Assembly (NCBI GenBank): GCA_964016885.1
Contig: OZ024744.1
Coordinates: 53,754,001-53,818,000, forward strand
Direction: 5' to 3'
Source of the DNA: Eledone cirrhosa
Lineage: Eukaryota
Length of the DNA stretch: 64,000 nt
Below the pieces are notes generated by a model. It was given only the letters and a program-made list of their open reading frames with translations, did not search any database and was not told the origin of the DNA. The translations under genes and the position numbers were made by a program. Shown here piece by piece: positions 24,401 through 38,463 of this stretch. Position 1 is the stretch's first letter. Each line of letters starts with the position of its first letter.

Positions 24401-27400
24401 ATAATAATAATAATAATAATAGTGGTTACTTTATTGGGCACAAGGGCTATCACGAAGAAAAATATTAGAGACGCCACAGAACAGTACAGGACGAAACAAA
24501 GTGGGTTTTGGTCGTGTAAACAGGTTATAACAAGATTGGGCTAGAAATCAAAATATTCAAACAAGAAGGGGGAAACCTCTGAGAGTCACTCGTGGCGAAT
24601 ACCACACAAAAAGGCCACGGCCACCCTGACCACCAGGGCAAGCACCGTCTCTCAGTTTTCCCTCTCCTCAGTCTAGATGCGCATACTCAGAGCGGGCCCG
24701 TTCACCCGGACCAGACTCGCCACTTTCACCCACTTTTCAACAAACTTACTAGAAGACAGCGTTTGCCTCTCCACCCTGATTTTCCTCTTCAAGTGAAACT
24801 TGAAAAAGTTAATCAGGGATTCGCCGAAGAGGAAAGTGTCCGTCTTCAAAGTTCTGTGGAGGAGGAAAGTGTCCGTCTTGAAAGTTCTCGTGAAGGGAGC
24901 GAACAGCTGATCGTCTTCGACGCCCAGGGTCTCCCCTAGTACGTCGTCGCTCTTTCCCTCCACTAACCCTCTATAGAACGCCGAGGTGGATGTTCCACCG
25001 ATACTAGTGCCCAGCTGGCAGAGGGTGGAGAGCGCATGGAGACATTCCAGCCTCCAAGCGCTATTCCTCGGTCTTTTCCTGATCCAGGACTGCAGCTCTC
25101 TCAAGGAGACGAGTCTGGTAAATGGCGACCACACCTGTTCACCGTCAAGGAAGCACCAGAGATGTCGCAGCCTCAGCGCATGTTTGCGCATCATGAGCCA
25201 CGGCATGCCTAGTCCTCCACGTAACGGGTGTTGACAGCCAATGCATCGTCTGCACGACCCTTCCACAAAAAGCGCAAGAGAAGGCGCTCCATTTTGGTCA
25301 GAGTTGGTCGGGGGCAAGGTACGACGGTCAGGCGGTAGCAGATGACGGACGCTATGTACGCATTCGCCACCTCCGCCCGACCTTTCAGAGACAGCCTCCT
25401 CTCGGCCCATTTCTGGGTGAGAGAGGCCACTCTGCTCGTCACCTCGCTCCAGTTTTTCTCCATCTGGAGGTCCGGACCGAACCAGACCCCGAGCAATTTA
25501 ACTGATCTGTCCGTCCAGCGCCCAACGACGCTATCGGACGGTATGGACCTGCCTCTCCAGGTGTCGAGTTGCAAGCCCACCGACTTTTCCTGGTTTATCC
25601 TGTCACCGCTTCGTATTCCTTGAGAACGGTGCCGAGCATCTGGACGTGTTTGGTGCTCGACACCACCACGGTGACGTCGTCGGCGTAAGCTGACACGGAT
25701 CTCCCGCATCCCAGTTCGCGTGGGACATCCCTCATCGTCTCCAATTTGTGCAGTAATGGCTCACGGTCTAGTACGTGGACCGAGCGCATGATGCTGAACG
25801 TCTGCGGCAGGTGACCATTCACCCTCACAATCCAGCAGATGTCGCTGTGCATCGCAGCGATCCAACGACCCCCAAAACGGCCCCGAAGCCGGCCGCCTCG
25901 AGGACCCCAGCCAGGTACCGATAGTCGACCCTATCACATGCTTTAGATTGATCCAAGTTGATCAGGAACCCACCCGTGCCAGGTTCTTTAACCACCCTCT
26001 CTATGATGTATAGCATGAGATGGAGGTTGTCGTGGATGGATCTGTCCGGAATGCTGCATGTCTGCGCCTCTTCCACCAGATCACCGACGACAAGCGCCAA
26101 TCTCTTAACACCTTCGCCAAAATCTTAAACTCTGCGTGTAGCAGAGTTATGGGCCTGAAGTTCTCTATAACGTCCTCCTTGTTCGGGTCTTTTCTCAGCA
26201 GCGCCACCGCTCCCCGCTCACGAAACTGGCAATGCTCCCGAACAAGTGTGGCATATACGCATACATCTCGTAGGGCAGACCATCCAAACCTGGCGATTTA
26301 CCCCTCGTGCAGTCAGACATCGCTTCCCGTATTTCACCTGCTGTTATCGGCTTTTGCAGCACTGCGCTGTGGTCGTCGAGAGCCGCGGCAGTCCGTCGAG
26401 GTATGCACCAAAGTCCATACTCCGATCCGGCCCCCCGCCGTTCCCGAACAATTGAGCAAAGTGCTGTTGAAAAGCTGCACACATTTACTCGGGTTCGAGT
26501 AACATGCGCCCGTTTTGATCAGGAAAAGACCGAATTGTGACTTGTTGCCACGTCACGCCTCCACCACCTGGGTCCATTGAACGGCTTTCGTCCCCCCGTG
26601 TCTTAGAGCACGCGCTCTAGCTCTGACAACGCTGCCTTCATGCTTTGCGTTGAAGAATTGGACGAGTGCTAATCTTGCCGCAAGCACGTCGGTTGCGATG
26701 CCTGTCCTAAACGCCTCTTCTAGCTTTCTAACTAACTTTGCCTCTATCACTACTCCTTTGCTTAATCTTATCGATTCTACTCTAATTGCCCTTTTCAGGG
26801 TAAATCACCACCTGTTGTTGACGATCACACCCGTCAACGCACGCTTAACTAATTCGCTAATCAGGTCTCTGTAAGCTTTGCGCACCGGAACGACGCGTTC
26901 AGCTTCCAGTAACCGAGCCCTTGCGTATGGAGTCTATCACAGATCTCAAATGTGTGGTCCGTGTAGTCGACTACTTTAAAATGTGGACAACCTACACTAA
27001 CATTATCTGTGTCCTTACAGAATAACCTATCTAAATCCGATCTGGATGACCCGATGCGGTTTTCCCATGTCCACATTGGCACATTCGGATAATCCAGTCT
27101 ATACCTGTCAGACAGTTCCAGACGTCTGAGCAGGTTGTGATGCTTTTACACCCTCCTGCCCTGTCTACTATCCCCACACAATCCCAGCGTGCATCTAAGT
27201 TACCGTTCCAGTCGTCCACTAACACTAAAGAGCGGGACGTTCCAAGAAAGGTCTCTAGACGTCTGAAGAAATCTGGCCGTCCTGACCCTGTTGGGGCGTA
27301 GACGACTACTAGCCTTAAAGTATTGCCTTCGCTGCCAATCACGTCCAACACCACCGACTTACCTTCTGGGTCCAGGAAGATAGCCCGTATGACGAGATCC

Positions 27401-29878
27401 AAGCCTCTCCGAAAAAGCACAGCAACTCCTTCCCCCCGATCCTGGACGGCTGGGAGATGCGTATACATCGTAGCCGCCGAAGATCAGTGCGAAGGCTCGT
27501 GCTTCGGAGATTCTTGTCTCACTGATGGCCACCACATCTATGTTTAGTGACCTGATCTCGTTCGGCAGGTGACCCTGCTTCCAAGATGATCCCAGGCCAC
27601 GTACATTTATACTGCCTATTCTAAGTACGGCGATATTGGATGAGAAACAGGGTAAGTGAGAAAGGACCACGTAGCTTGATCGTGTGGGGAAGGGACAGTA
27701 GAACTGTTCCTTCGGCTAGTTATGGGTGTCTCCAAGATTATATCTGTATAGATTCTCTTGGAGAGTGACTCCCTGAAATCCCCAACGCAGTTGGGGAATT
27801 TTTGTTTTAATTGTTTGTAATCTTCGAGTTCAATTTCCACTATGTTAATGTTTTTTGGTAATATTCTTGGTGTTGGTGAGGTGTGGTAATTTGAGCCTGT
27901 AATGTCTGTGTGTTGTTTTATATATTTCATTAGTCCTTGGTGTGCTATGTTGATGGCTGTGTACTTTTTGGGGGGAGGGGTGGTTTTGTTACTGTTTTCT
28001 TGTTGTTGCTGTTGGGTGTGTGTGTTTTGTTGTGTTTGGGTTGTTGGTGTTTTTGGTGATGCTGGTGGTGGAGTAGTTGTTCGTGGTGGTGATGCTTGTG
28101 GTGGTGATGGTGATGGTGATGGTGGTGGTGTTGCTGCAAGTCCCCTTGCAGCCTTTGCCCTTCTTTGTTTGTCCTCGCCTTTGGAGGGCGAAGCTAAGTG
28201 GTTTTTTCGTTTTTGGTTTTTGTGGCAGACCTCTTTCCACTTCACTCCCGCCTCATACTCCATGTCAGATTCCGTGGCGTCTGGGAGGGGTATGAGCTCC
28301 ACAGTTGTTGGTGGTGGTAGTAGAGCCCGCTCCGGCGATTTTGCCGCCGGTGTAGCTACTGTGACTGTTGGTGTTGCCACCACTGCTGCCACTGTTTTAG
28401 TTGTCCGTGACCTTGGTATGGGTGCCACGGACGTTGCCCTCCTACTCATCATGGAAGGGTCTTCTGACTATGTTGCCTGCCCTGCTCTTGGTAGCAGCGG
28501 ATCAAGCGTCGGAAGGAGGGGCCTCTTCTTGACTGTCTTCTGCGGGCAGAAGTCCCTGAGGTGACCCTTCTGCCCACAGAGATAGCACTTTGGGCGCCTT
28601 CCTTGCACGCTTATACGGAGTTGGAGTCCTTCCTCGAGGTTTATGATATCTGGGATGGCCTCGATACACTTCTGGTCAGTTTGTATTAGCATGCCTATAC
28701 CTGACCAGTTCTCTCTTCCCATTCTCTGTATTTGCAGTATGGTAGTCCTGTCCTCGATTCCAGCAAGTGCAGATGCGGCCAGCCAAGGTATGGGCACGTT
28801 GGGCGGGGTCAGGGTCACTTTGACCCTCATAATTTTCTGCCCGCAGTAGGAGGGCACCAAGACTATCTCCTCACTCTTTAGGGTTTCCAAAGAGTAAGAC
28901 TTCGCCTCTTGGGGGTGGCGAAAATTACGTCTACTGTGGCAGACTTTTTGCCTCGGGTGATGTGGGTTTTGCGCGCCCAGACGCAACCCAAGGCCTTTTG
29001 GATTTGAGCCTCGTGGATCTTTCCACCCGATCTGACATTTTGCTTACGGTGCGGTAAGTCACCGTGCGCAGCTGCTGGTCTTTGAAGAAATCGGGTGGAG
29101 GTTTCAGGGAAACTCTATTGTCGTTTCTTGTCACCATGGCTCTTGCGACTGCCATCTGCTCCTCCGTGACTAGCACTGTCTCTATAATTCAGGCCATACC
29201 TGCAAAAGAAGTGGCCCCTTTTTCAGCGGCACCATTATTGCTGCCGCTACTGCTGCTACTGCTGCTACTACTGCTACTACTGGTCTTGTTGTTGGTGCTG
29301 TTGCTACTGCTACAAACGGTGCTGTTGGTGTTGTTGCTGTTATCACAGTTGTAGTTGGTTATGTTTTTGGTGCCACCGTTGTTGTTGTTTTCGGTGGAAC
29401 TTGTATTGTTGCTGTTGTTGTTTATTTTCTTGTTATTGGTGTTAATATCGTTGTTGCATTTGTTGTCATTTTTTTCTGTTGTCTGTAATTTGATTGACGC
29501 TGTTATTGTTGTAGATGGTGTGGTAATATTTTTAAAATTAGTGTTCTCAGTGTTGTTGTCTTTGTTCACGTTGTTTGTGGTGGTGTTTGCTGTATGAATT
29601 TCTGTAACCCTCCTCTCGACTTTTACGCCGTTGTCACACAACAGCAGACATATTCCTGGGGGTGTGACTCAGCCATGTTTTATTTTTTTTATTTTTAAAA
29701 GTAAAATGTTCAAATATTTGGGCAAATATTATACTTTTCCCTTCACAGTGCAAAGTCCAAGGGTTTATATCCCTTAGACCAGTGGTCGCCAACATGGGTT
29801 CCGCGGAACCTTGGGGTTCCTTAAAACAAAATCCGGGTTCCTTAAAAAAATAAATATTTACATTACCATTAATATTTT

Positions 29879-30905
29879 GGGTTTTCTGAAAAAGGTGCAA
29901 AGAAAATGCCAAAGGTGCAATGTATAAATGAACGAGTACTATTGTAGTGTACACAGGTTCTCCACTCCAATTCGTGGAAAACACTACTTTCAGTTTCTCA
30001 CTTGAATTAGCAGAAAAACACTGTTCTGAGATTCGTGGAAATTGAATACTTTCAATTTCACATCAATTCTTGGAAAGACATAGTTTTCTGAATTCCGAGG
30101 ATTTGACTACTACTGATAATACACTAATTGAACTTAGAAATTGACCAATCATGAACAAGTAAATGTTGGTCGATGACAGCATAACTTTAAACTGAAAACT
30201 TCAGTTCAGCGAGGTCTCTCGGGCGAGATACAGGGTCAGTTCGCTGTTCTCACAACGTAAGTTCTGTAGAATGTTTTCAATAGCGAACACGTTTTAATCT
30301 GCTGTCCTCACAAAAGCTTTAAAGTCGCCTAAAGTTTTCTCACAGAGTGAACTCGCTTACTAGTCGTTTTCAACATGCATCCAGTTCCACAGACAATTCT
30401 AAATAAGAACATGTTACATTCTGTTGTACTTTGCACAGAAAATATAACGCCTGTAAAATTTTGACTACTAACAAAGGTAATTTTGTATTCCATGCATACA
30501 CTCTAAACTTTGCCACACAATTATGTATTCATTTTATGACATCTGCATTCACAATTGATAAATTACTTCATACAATAAATATATATGTACACAAACATTT
30601 GACTAAACTTTACTTGTTCCAATCTAATATATGTTTAACGCAGCCTAAAGCCTTCTTATATTATATCTAACTTTGAGTCAAAATAGATAGAAGATATCTG
30701 AATTAATTTCCAATACCATCGTCACATCTTCTACACTACCAGCTGATTTGCATTTTTTGCACCTTTTAGTATGGCGGATATTTAAATATATTTACATTAC
30801 CAATAATATTTAATACGACCCTAAAGAAGTATATGCAGGAAGTGCTGGACTCTGAAAAAAATTTCTTCTAGTTGTTTATAAAATTGCACCTTTTTCAGTA
30901 ACCCC
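29879..30905. mobile_element. Nested non-autonomous TIR element with 9-bp TSD (Mutator-like)
   Basis: 22-bp TIRs gggttttctgaaaaaggtgcaa / ttgcacctttttcagtaacccc (2 mismatches); TSD taatatttt at 29870-29878 and 30906-30914. Confidence 0.8.
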
Positions 30906-31127
30906 TAATATTTTAATATTATTATAAGTCTTTAAATAATCTGTTTGCCATCCTAAAATGGCGAAATTTCAATTTCTAAAAATTAAAATTTTTTTTTAAC
31001 TAGTTAAGTGTTTCCAAATATCTAAAATTAAAGTTAATTTAAGTACTTTTTGTAATTAAAAAAACTTAATTTCTCTTATTTATTAATGTCATATTAAAAA
31101 GTTTAACTGTAGATAAATAACATTGAT

Positions 31128-33029
31128 ATGATGTCTACTGCAAAGAAGCTGAAGTTAGATACCAACAGTAAGGTTAGACAGTGGTGTGATGATTATGTTA
31201 GATATGGATTTCAAAAAGCTGACACTAAAAAAGATACACCAGATCAGCCCATGTGTTTGCTATGTTCAAAAGTTCTATCAAATAGCTGTTTAAATCCTGC
31301 AAAACTTAAAAGACACCTTGATACTAATCACACCAATGATAAAAACAAGTCACTGAAATAATTTACTTCGCTGAAAAACAACATAAAAAAATCACAAGCT
31401 AATATGTATGATTTGTTTTGTAAAAAGTCACATAGAAATAAAGCTTTAACAAGAACATCTTTTGAGAGTTCACATTTGATTGGTAAAAACAAGAAACCAT
31501 TTACATTAGGAGAACAGTTAATTCTGCCAAGTATAAAAATTGCTACAGAGAATCTTTTTGAAAGCTGCAGTATTAAGGACAAAGAAAAATTAAGCCAGTT
31601 ACCATTGTCAGCAAATACTGTAAAAAGAAGGATAATTGATATTTCTTCTGATATAGAAAATCAGACACTAACTGCACTAAAGAAAAGCACATGTTTTGGT
31701 CGTCTGCAAGTGGACGAAACTACGGATATTAATAACAAGGCTCAATTAATTTGCTATGTACGGTTTGTAGACCTTGATAAAAAAGAATTAGTAGAAGAGT
31801 ATTTGTTTTGTCTGGTACTAGACATCACAACTAAAGGTCAATTTATATTCAATAAAATTGAAGAGTATTTTTTAAAAAATGGTGTATCTTGGAGCAAGTT
31901 GACTTCAATAACAACAGATGGAGCAGCTGCAATGACTGGTAAAAATTCTAGTTTGTTTGCAAAAATTAAAGAATAGACCTCAAATTGTATTTCAAATCAT
32001 TGTATGATTCATCGAGAGGTTTTGTGTTAAAAAAAATTCAAAGACAGAGATGCTCAAATATTAAATGACAAGCTGAAAAACATTGTCAAAATTATCAATT
32101 TGATCCATGCAAGAGCAAACATTTCTAGAATGTTTGAATCTATTTGTGAATCTTCTGGAAGTAATTATAATAGATTGTTATTGAACAATGATGTGCGTTG
32201 GCTGTCTTTTGGGGATGCTATGAAGAGAGTTTTTGAACTGAGAGAAGAAATAATAATTTTTCTAAAAAAACAGAATGATGAAAGAGCAAGTATATCAGAA
32301 ACCAATGAATGGAATGTGCAACTCGCTTATTTAGTAGACATTTTTGGTTAACTGAACAAACTAAATAAGTGTCTTCAGGGTAACAATGCAGATATTTTTA
32401 CTTCAATCAATTTTATTACATATTTTCAATCAAAATTAAACATCTTTATAAAAAGAATTGAATCGGACAATTACTCATTACTTTCAAACCTTGAAATAGA
32501 GCTTAAAAAGAGAGAAGATTTTGACTCCAGCAATCTAAAGAAGATTATTCTTTTTCATTTAAAATTGCTTTCCACAAGTTTTTCAGATTATTTTGACTTC
32601 ATGGAAAAAGATATTGTTAGCGGAAATTTATGGATAAAAAACCCGTTCACCGAGATCGAGCAGTTAGTGTCAGAAAATGACGCCAGAAATTGTAAAAATT
32701 TACTACCTGCACAATGCTTACATCAGTTGATGGATTTGAATTCAAACGAAGACCTAAAAATGATATTCGAAAGCAGAAAGAAAGAACTATGTATCGACTT
32801 ATTCTTGATTGGGGGGTTTAATAAAATCAGCCAACTTGCATTGAAATATTTGACTTTATTCCCATCTAGCTACTTGTGCGAAAAAGGGTTTTCGCAGTTG
32901 GTAGAAATCTGCACAAAGAAGAGAAACAAACTGTCAGCAATTGACGAGTGTATGAGACTGGCATTAACTAGTGTTGAACCTCGATTTTCTAAACTCACTG
33001 ATGAGGTGCAGCAGCAGAGAAGCCACTAG
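31128..33029 (+). pseudogene. Buster-type hAT transposase, disrupted
   Basis: BED finger (PMCLLC..LKRHL..H), LQVDETTD, ITTDGAAAM, HCMIHRE, VRWLS, PSSYLCEKGFS; internal stops and frameshift. Confidence 0.95.
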
Positions 33030-33273
33030 TTAATTGTGTTCGATTACATACACACGCATGAAACACTAAAATAAATAAATACTTTTTTTTGTTTTTGAAA
33101 AGTTTTGTATTGTATAGGTTCCGTGAAGAATTCAAAATATTTAGAGGGTTCCTCGGTTTTAGAAAGGTTGGCGACCACTGCCTTAGACAACAATACAAAT
33201 TTAACAACAAATAATTATAACAGGTAAATAAAGCCACTTACTGGGAGCGAGCAAAAAGATGCCCGAACAGACC

Positions 33274-33322
<49 letters not shown>

Positions 33323-34013
33323 CCATATTTACAAGGAGGAGGCTAGCCAACTGTGTAGGATCTGTGGAAAGAGAGGAAACTGTGGCTCACAGTGTATCCG
33401 AATGTAAACACCTATTGCAGTCACACTATAAAGGCTGGAGACATGATGTGATGAGCAGGGTGATCCACTGGCACATATACAAAGTAAACAATTTACCACA
33501 TTCTGAGAAGTGGTATGAACATAAGCCAGAGTCGGTGATAGAAAACGATCAGATGAAGGTGCTATGGGATTTTAGGATACAGACGGACAAGAAACTGGAA
33601 CACAATAGGCCTGACCTGGTGGTTTTGGAAAAGGAAAAAAGATCGTGCATGATTGTAGATGTAGCCTGCCCATTTGACACGAGAGTGCAAGAAAAGGAGA
33701 GGGAGAAAATTAACCGATACCAGGTCTTAAACTGGGAGGTAAAAAGGATTTGGAACTGCCATGAAGTCAGAGTCGTCCCGATTATCATAGGCGCACTAGG
33801 TACTATCTCAAAGAGTTTCCAAGGATGGTTAAAGAAAATTTGTCTAGCCCCGCTTTTTGGAAGACTTCAAAAGGCATGCTTGCTGGGAACAGCAAGAACA
33901 CTCCGATACGTCCTGAATATCTGAGGCTGCAGGTAGTGGCTGGATATTCATTTCAACAAACATTCCAGTTAAATAACATCAATGACTGAGACTAAAAGAA
34001 TAATCATAATAAT
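33274..34013 (+). mobile_element. (AAT)n followed by R4/Dong-like 3' fragment
   Basis: 33321-34000 closely matches 23722-24400 (LWDFRIQTD, RPDLVV, LQKACLLGT); AAT repeats on both sides. Confidence 0.9.
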
Positions 34014-34027
34014 GGATTGTGGTATAT

Positions 34028-34217
34028 TAATTGTTTCTACTTTTGGCACAAGGCCAGCAATTACCCAGTGTATTACTGCTACTTTTTTTATCGACCCCTT
34101 AAGGAGGAAAGGCAAAGTTAACCTCGGCGGGATTTGAACTCAGACTGGCAAGGACCGTAATTCTATGCGTCAAAGCATGGCGTCCGACGCTCTACCGATA
34201 CTACCAATCCACCGCCC
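34028..34217 (-). mobile_element. SINE family A
   Basis: Reverse-complement copy. Confidence 0.85.
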
Positions 34218-34289
34218 CTTTTGATTATGTTATAATAATAATAATGTATTATGTTATAATAGTTAGTCTAGTCTAGTCTATACATCACT

Positions 34290-36140
34290 AAGGTATAGAG
34301 TCATTGTAAGTTAGGTTTATATATAAACCTAGACAACATCTTTAGAGATTACGGTTAGGGTATGGGAGTTAAATCTTGTTTTGAAATTGTTAGCAGTGGC
34401 CCCTATATAGAGTTTAGAATTATTACACAACCATATACTATATTTTTGGTAAGGCAGTTATTATTAAGGGGGCATTATGCATTATTTCTGGTTACAATTC
34501 GAGTTACTATTTTAGTTATGGTCAGATAAGCTATTTCCTAAGATGCTTTTATTAGATGTATTATTAGTGTAGGATTGGGAATTTGTGTTAGTTAAAACGT
34601 TAGTTGCAGTTTGTATGTAATTAGAATGCGTGAGTGTATTATCAATATTGTTGTTATTTCTTAAGTTGCTTCTATTGAAAGTAGTGTTGGTGTTGGATTG
34701 TATAGTCGTATTATTAGGGGGGATTGGTTGTGCTTAGTATGTTATTCATGTGGATGGGTGTTGTGTTTGTGTTATTATTAATTGAAGGGTTGCTTTGGGT
34801 AGATGTATTCGTTACATGCGTTCTGTTATTATTCATCGTAAATGATTTTGTGTGCATTTTTAGTTTCTTATTATTACTAAAAGCTAAATGTGCCGCTATG
34901 TTGGAGTGGTTGAGAAGACTAGCTTAATAGTATTTTTCTTAATTGGTATATAGTATCTATCTAGTAGCGAGAAGGAAAGCTTAGATATATTTGTGGAGAC
35001 ATTTAAATTAAATGGTGGATTACAAAATGTATCTGAACGTCTTCTATTTCTTTTATTGCTCCTATTGTTACATAGGTTTTTATGTGTCCCGAACACTCCA
35101 TGAGTTATAGTGTTCCTAATATTTAGTATAGCCTCATTGAGTAGATCTTGCGTGTTTTTAATTATCCTATTGTTGTAAAGTGTTTCTTATTATTACTAGA
35201 TGTGGTGTTAGAGTTTAACTTCATTTTCCTATTAGTTATATGGCTGCTTGGATTAGAATTAAAATTATGATTAGAATTATTATTAGATTTATTATGTTTT
35301 GATTTCCGACTTAAACCCATATTGTATGATATTGTTGTGTTTGGTTGATCAACATACGCATTATTATGCATATACTCCATGCTTTGCAACATAGAGTTTC
35401 GGTCCTTTACGGTCCGAGTTCAAATCCCACCGAGTTAACTTTGCCTTTCATCCTTACGGGGTTGATGAAATAAAGCACCAGTAATGCACTGGGGTAATTA
35501 TTGGGCTTGTGCCAAAAGAAACAATTCTGCATTTACCCAATCGTGTCTTTATAGCCTGAGTGAGATAGAGCCTCGTTGTAGAGACGCTCTAGACTATAAC
35601 ATTAAGAATAAGTTTAGGGTGATTTGGCTTTTTATCTATAAATATTTTTGCCTGGCTTATGGTATGGTGTGTGGGTTCCTGATGCTAGGTCTAAGGTAAC
35701 ATCTAGGAAATCGAAAACTGTGGAGTTCAAATCTATAGTTATACATAAGTTATACCTTTTAAAAAGTGTATAAAAGTTTTATCTAGTACAGTGTATTTTC
35801 TTTTCTTATGTTCTGAAGCAACAAGGCCGTCATCTCGATATAAACCACCCTCCAAATATCGGATTTTTAAGCTAATTTCTTTTAAAAGGTATAATCCTAC
35901 GAGATCATGGGTTTTCGAGGTTTAGGGTTCAGTATGTGTTTCCAGGTTAAGTTTGTCGACTATAGATTGTCCTTGTAGGTTAATTTCATTTAAGTTGCCC
36001 GTATGAGTTTTTCTGTAACTTTTGTTCTGTTCCTTATATATAAAGGTTCTATATGTTAGGTAATCTAAGCTATATAGATTTCTAGTCTTATCTGCCAATA
36101 CCATTAATTCATCTTGCTTATCGAATATTTTAATGATTAT
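34290..36140 (-). mobile_element. Degraded Penelope-like element (SINE fragment inserted at 35378-35525)
   Basis: ADKTRNLY, FCNPPFNLNVSTNI and YIGATANNFKTRFNSH motifs homologous to 44871-47559. Confidence 0.8.
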
Positions 36141-36169
36141 ATTAACATTATTATTCTCAGCAGAGCTGT

Positions 36170-38160
36170 TCTGCTAAATAACGGGTCGCAGGTGGCGGAT
36201 AGCAATACAGCCACCAGATATGATCGCTAGTTGCGATATAAGCTGGCAACTTCCGGACGAATAAGCAGTCCGGAGCAACAGTGGTAAACTACTAGGGGAG
36301 ATGGAGCAATGAGTGACACCTGCGGCTTCCAAGAAAACTGTTACAACCAAGTGACGTAGTAACGACGAGATGAGTAAAGGCCGCCTCTGAATAAGCCTAC
36401 GCTTCACGAGTTTGAGAAAGTACCAGATTGGTGACTGGTGCGAATAATAGCACTGAAACTGGAATATGATAAGGAAAACAAAGAAAAAAATACAACATCG
36501 TCCTTCACGCGAGTTAACAAGGGATGCGTCCAGGCCTTAGGTAGAGGGACCTGTTCGAAAAATATATTGCAGTCTCCATTTCATGCTGCAAAATCTGACG
36601 ATGGGACTGCGACCTGTCCTGGGAGGCATAGGATGGACGCACAAAGGCTGTGTATCCCGAGAACCCAAAGAGTGCCAGGAAGGGTGAAAACCTTGAAAAA
36701 TGGAACCTGGAACATCACAACTCTTACAGGCAAGGTCCAGGAACTAGTGGAGGAGACTAGATGCTATCGGCTAGATATAGTCGGGATTTCTTCAACAAAG
36801 TTCCATGGTTCTGAAACTGTAGATTTGGATGGAGGATGTAAACTCCACTATTCAGGTGTGGCACCAGAAATGACTGCACATTGAGGGAGTGGGAATACTC
36901 TCAAGCCCCCAGCTGTTAGAATGTGTTATGGACTGGATCCCGTTAGGGGGGAGCTTTTGCCTCTTGAAGCTTAGGCTGAAAGATAGGTCTCTGTAGGTGG
37001 TGCAGGTTTATGTACCAAACAAGGATTCTGAATACAGGCCATTTCTTTATGAAGTCACTGTAACGTTAGATGTTGTTAAGACTGATTCATATATCCTGAT
37101 GGGGGAGCTTAATGCACATGTTGGCTCTGTCCACCTGACACGGAAAGGAGTGATTGGAAGGAATGGCGACCCCAATCTAAATACGAAAGCGAGAGGCATT
37201 ATTAGACTTCTGTTCTAGCAATAGAATCTCTATTACGAACACCTTCTTCCAGCAGAGAGACATCCATAAATATACATAATATGGGACGGAAATCAATAAT
37301 TGAGTTTTTAATTGTATCTGATCTCTTTGATTCTGTGCTAAATGTTCGTGTCAAGAGAGGGGCTGAGCTGTTTACTGATCACCATTTAGTTGTCTGCAGC
37401 TTGAGATTTGATGAAGCCAAAGAAGCCCACAAAACTGGTGGGTCCAAGGGCGACATACAGGATAAAGTGGGAAACATTAGTGGATAAGGAAGTCAGGACC
37501 AAATATGTAAATATTACTACATCCAAATCCAGAGAACTACCTGATCAGAATGAGGACATTGAGACGGAGTAAGGATTGTTTAGCGCAGCAGTGTCTGTAT
37601 CAAATGTTAAATGCTGCAGGTGAAGGAGGCTTGGCGTGGCATCGGATGTCAGGCGGAGGACCCCTTGGTTCAATCAAGAGGTCAAAGATGCTAAGTGAGC
37701 AAAGAAAAAGGCTTACAAAGCTTGACTTAGATTTAAGTCCTCCTTCTTACATTTGCGGTACAAGGAGGTACGAAGAATCGCAGCAGAGTCAGTAAAGGCG
37801 TTCAAAGTTAAGACATGGGAGGACTTTGGGGTTAAGCTAGAACCCGACTTCAGATCAGCAAATAAAGTGTTCTGGCAGACCATCCACTGACTTCGTAATA
37901 AGAAGCCACCCTCCAAACCTGCTATCAAGAACGCATCTGGACTCGTCCTCTCCTCAGAGAGGTGCCTCCTCGCGAGGCGGAGAGAATCATTTGTTGAACT
38001 CCTAAACCCGATCACAAAAGTATCTTCTGATGTACATGAGGTGCATCTGGGATTAGTGACTAATCTCTCAGAGACTGACGTCAGAAGAACAGTTAAAGAG
38101 CGCAAATATGGCAAAATCGCTGGGGAAGTTGAAATTTGGCTTGATATGTTAAAAGCTAAT
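36170..38160 (+). mobile_element. Degraded RTE-clade LINE 5' part (5'UTR + APE)
   Basis: GTWNITTL, LDIVGISSTK, QVYVPN, MGELNAHVG, TDHHLV; breaks off before RT. Confidence 0.85.
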
Positions 38161-38463
38161 AAGCTTGAAACTAGTACAGCATTCCTTTGTCAGTGTTGAA
38201 CAAATGAGCAACGATGGTTGCTAGACACTGTACGGCTTAATTCGGGATGTTTGTTTACAAACACAACGAGCATTATAATAAATGTTCGGTGAATTCATAC
38301 TAACACATATATATATATGTGCATGTATGTATATATATATGCATACTACTGTAGTCTGTATACATATATGTATGTACGTATACATACATATATTTAAGTA
38401 AAAGCCGTACTAAGAGTGGGAAATGAAATTTCGTTTCATTTTTTCCGTTTATATATATATATA

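Larger units (their letters stand above)
29780..33180 (+). mobile_element. hAT (Buster/Charlie-type) DNA transposon
   Basis: 14-bp TIRs cagtggtcgccaac/gttggcgaccactg; perfect 8-bp TSD ccttagac at 29772-29779 and 33181-33188, with central TA. Confidence 0.97.
24421..33273 (-). mobile_element. Near-full-length Tx1/L1-clade element; hAT inserted in putative 5'UTR
   Basis: ORF1 pieces 27616-29641 with CCHC CYLCGQKGHLRDFC; ORF2 SINVRGL, SETR, YAP, YWKLN, KSPGLDG, RPITLL, AYADD; AATAAA on minus at 24430-24435; extension beyond 29780 is inferred. Confidence 0.85.
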
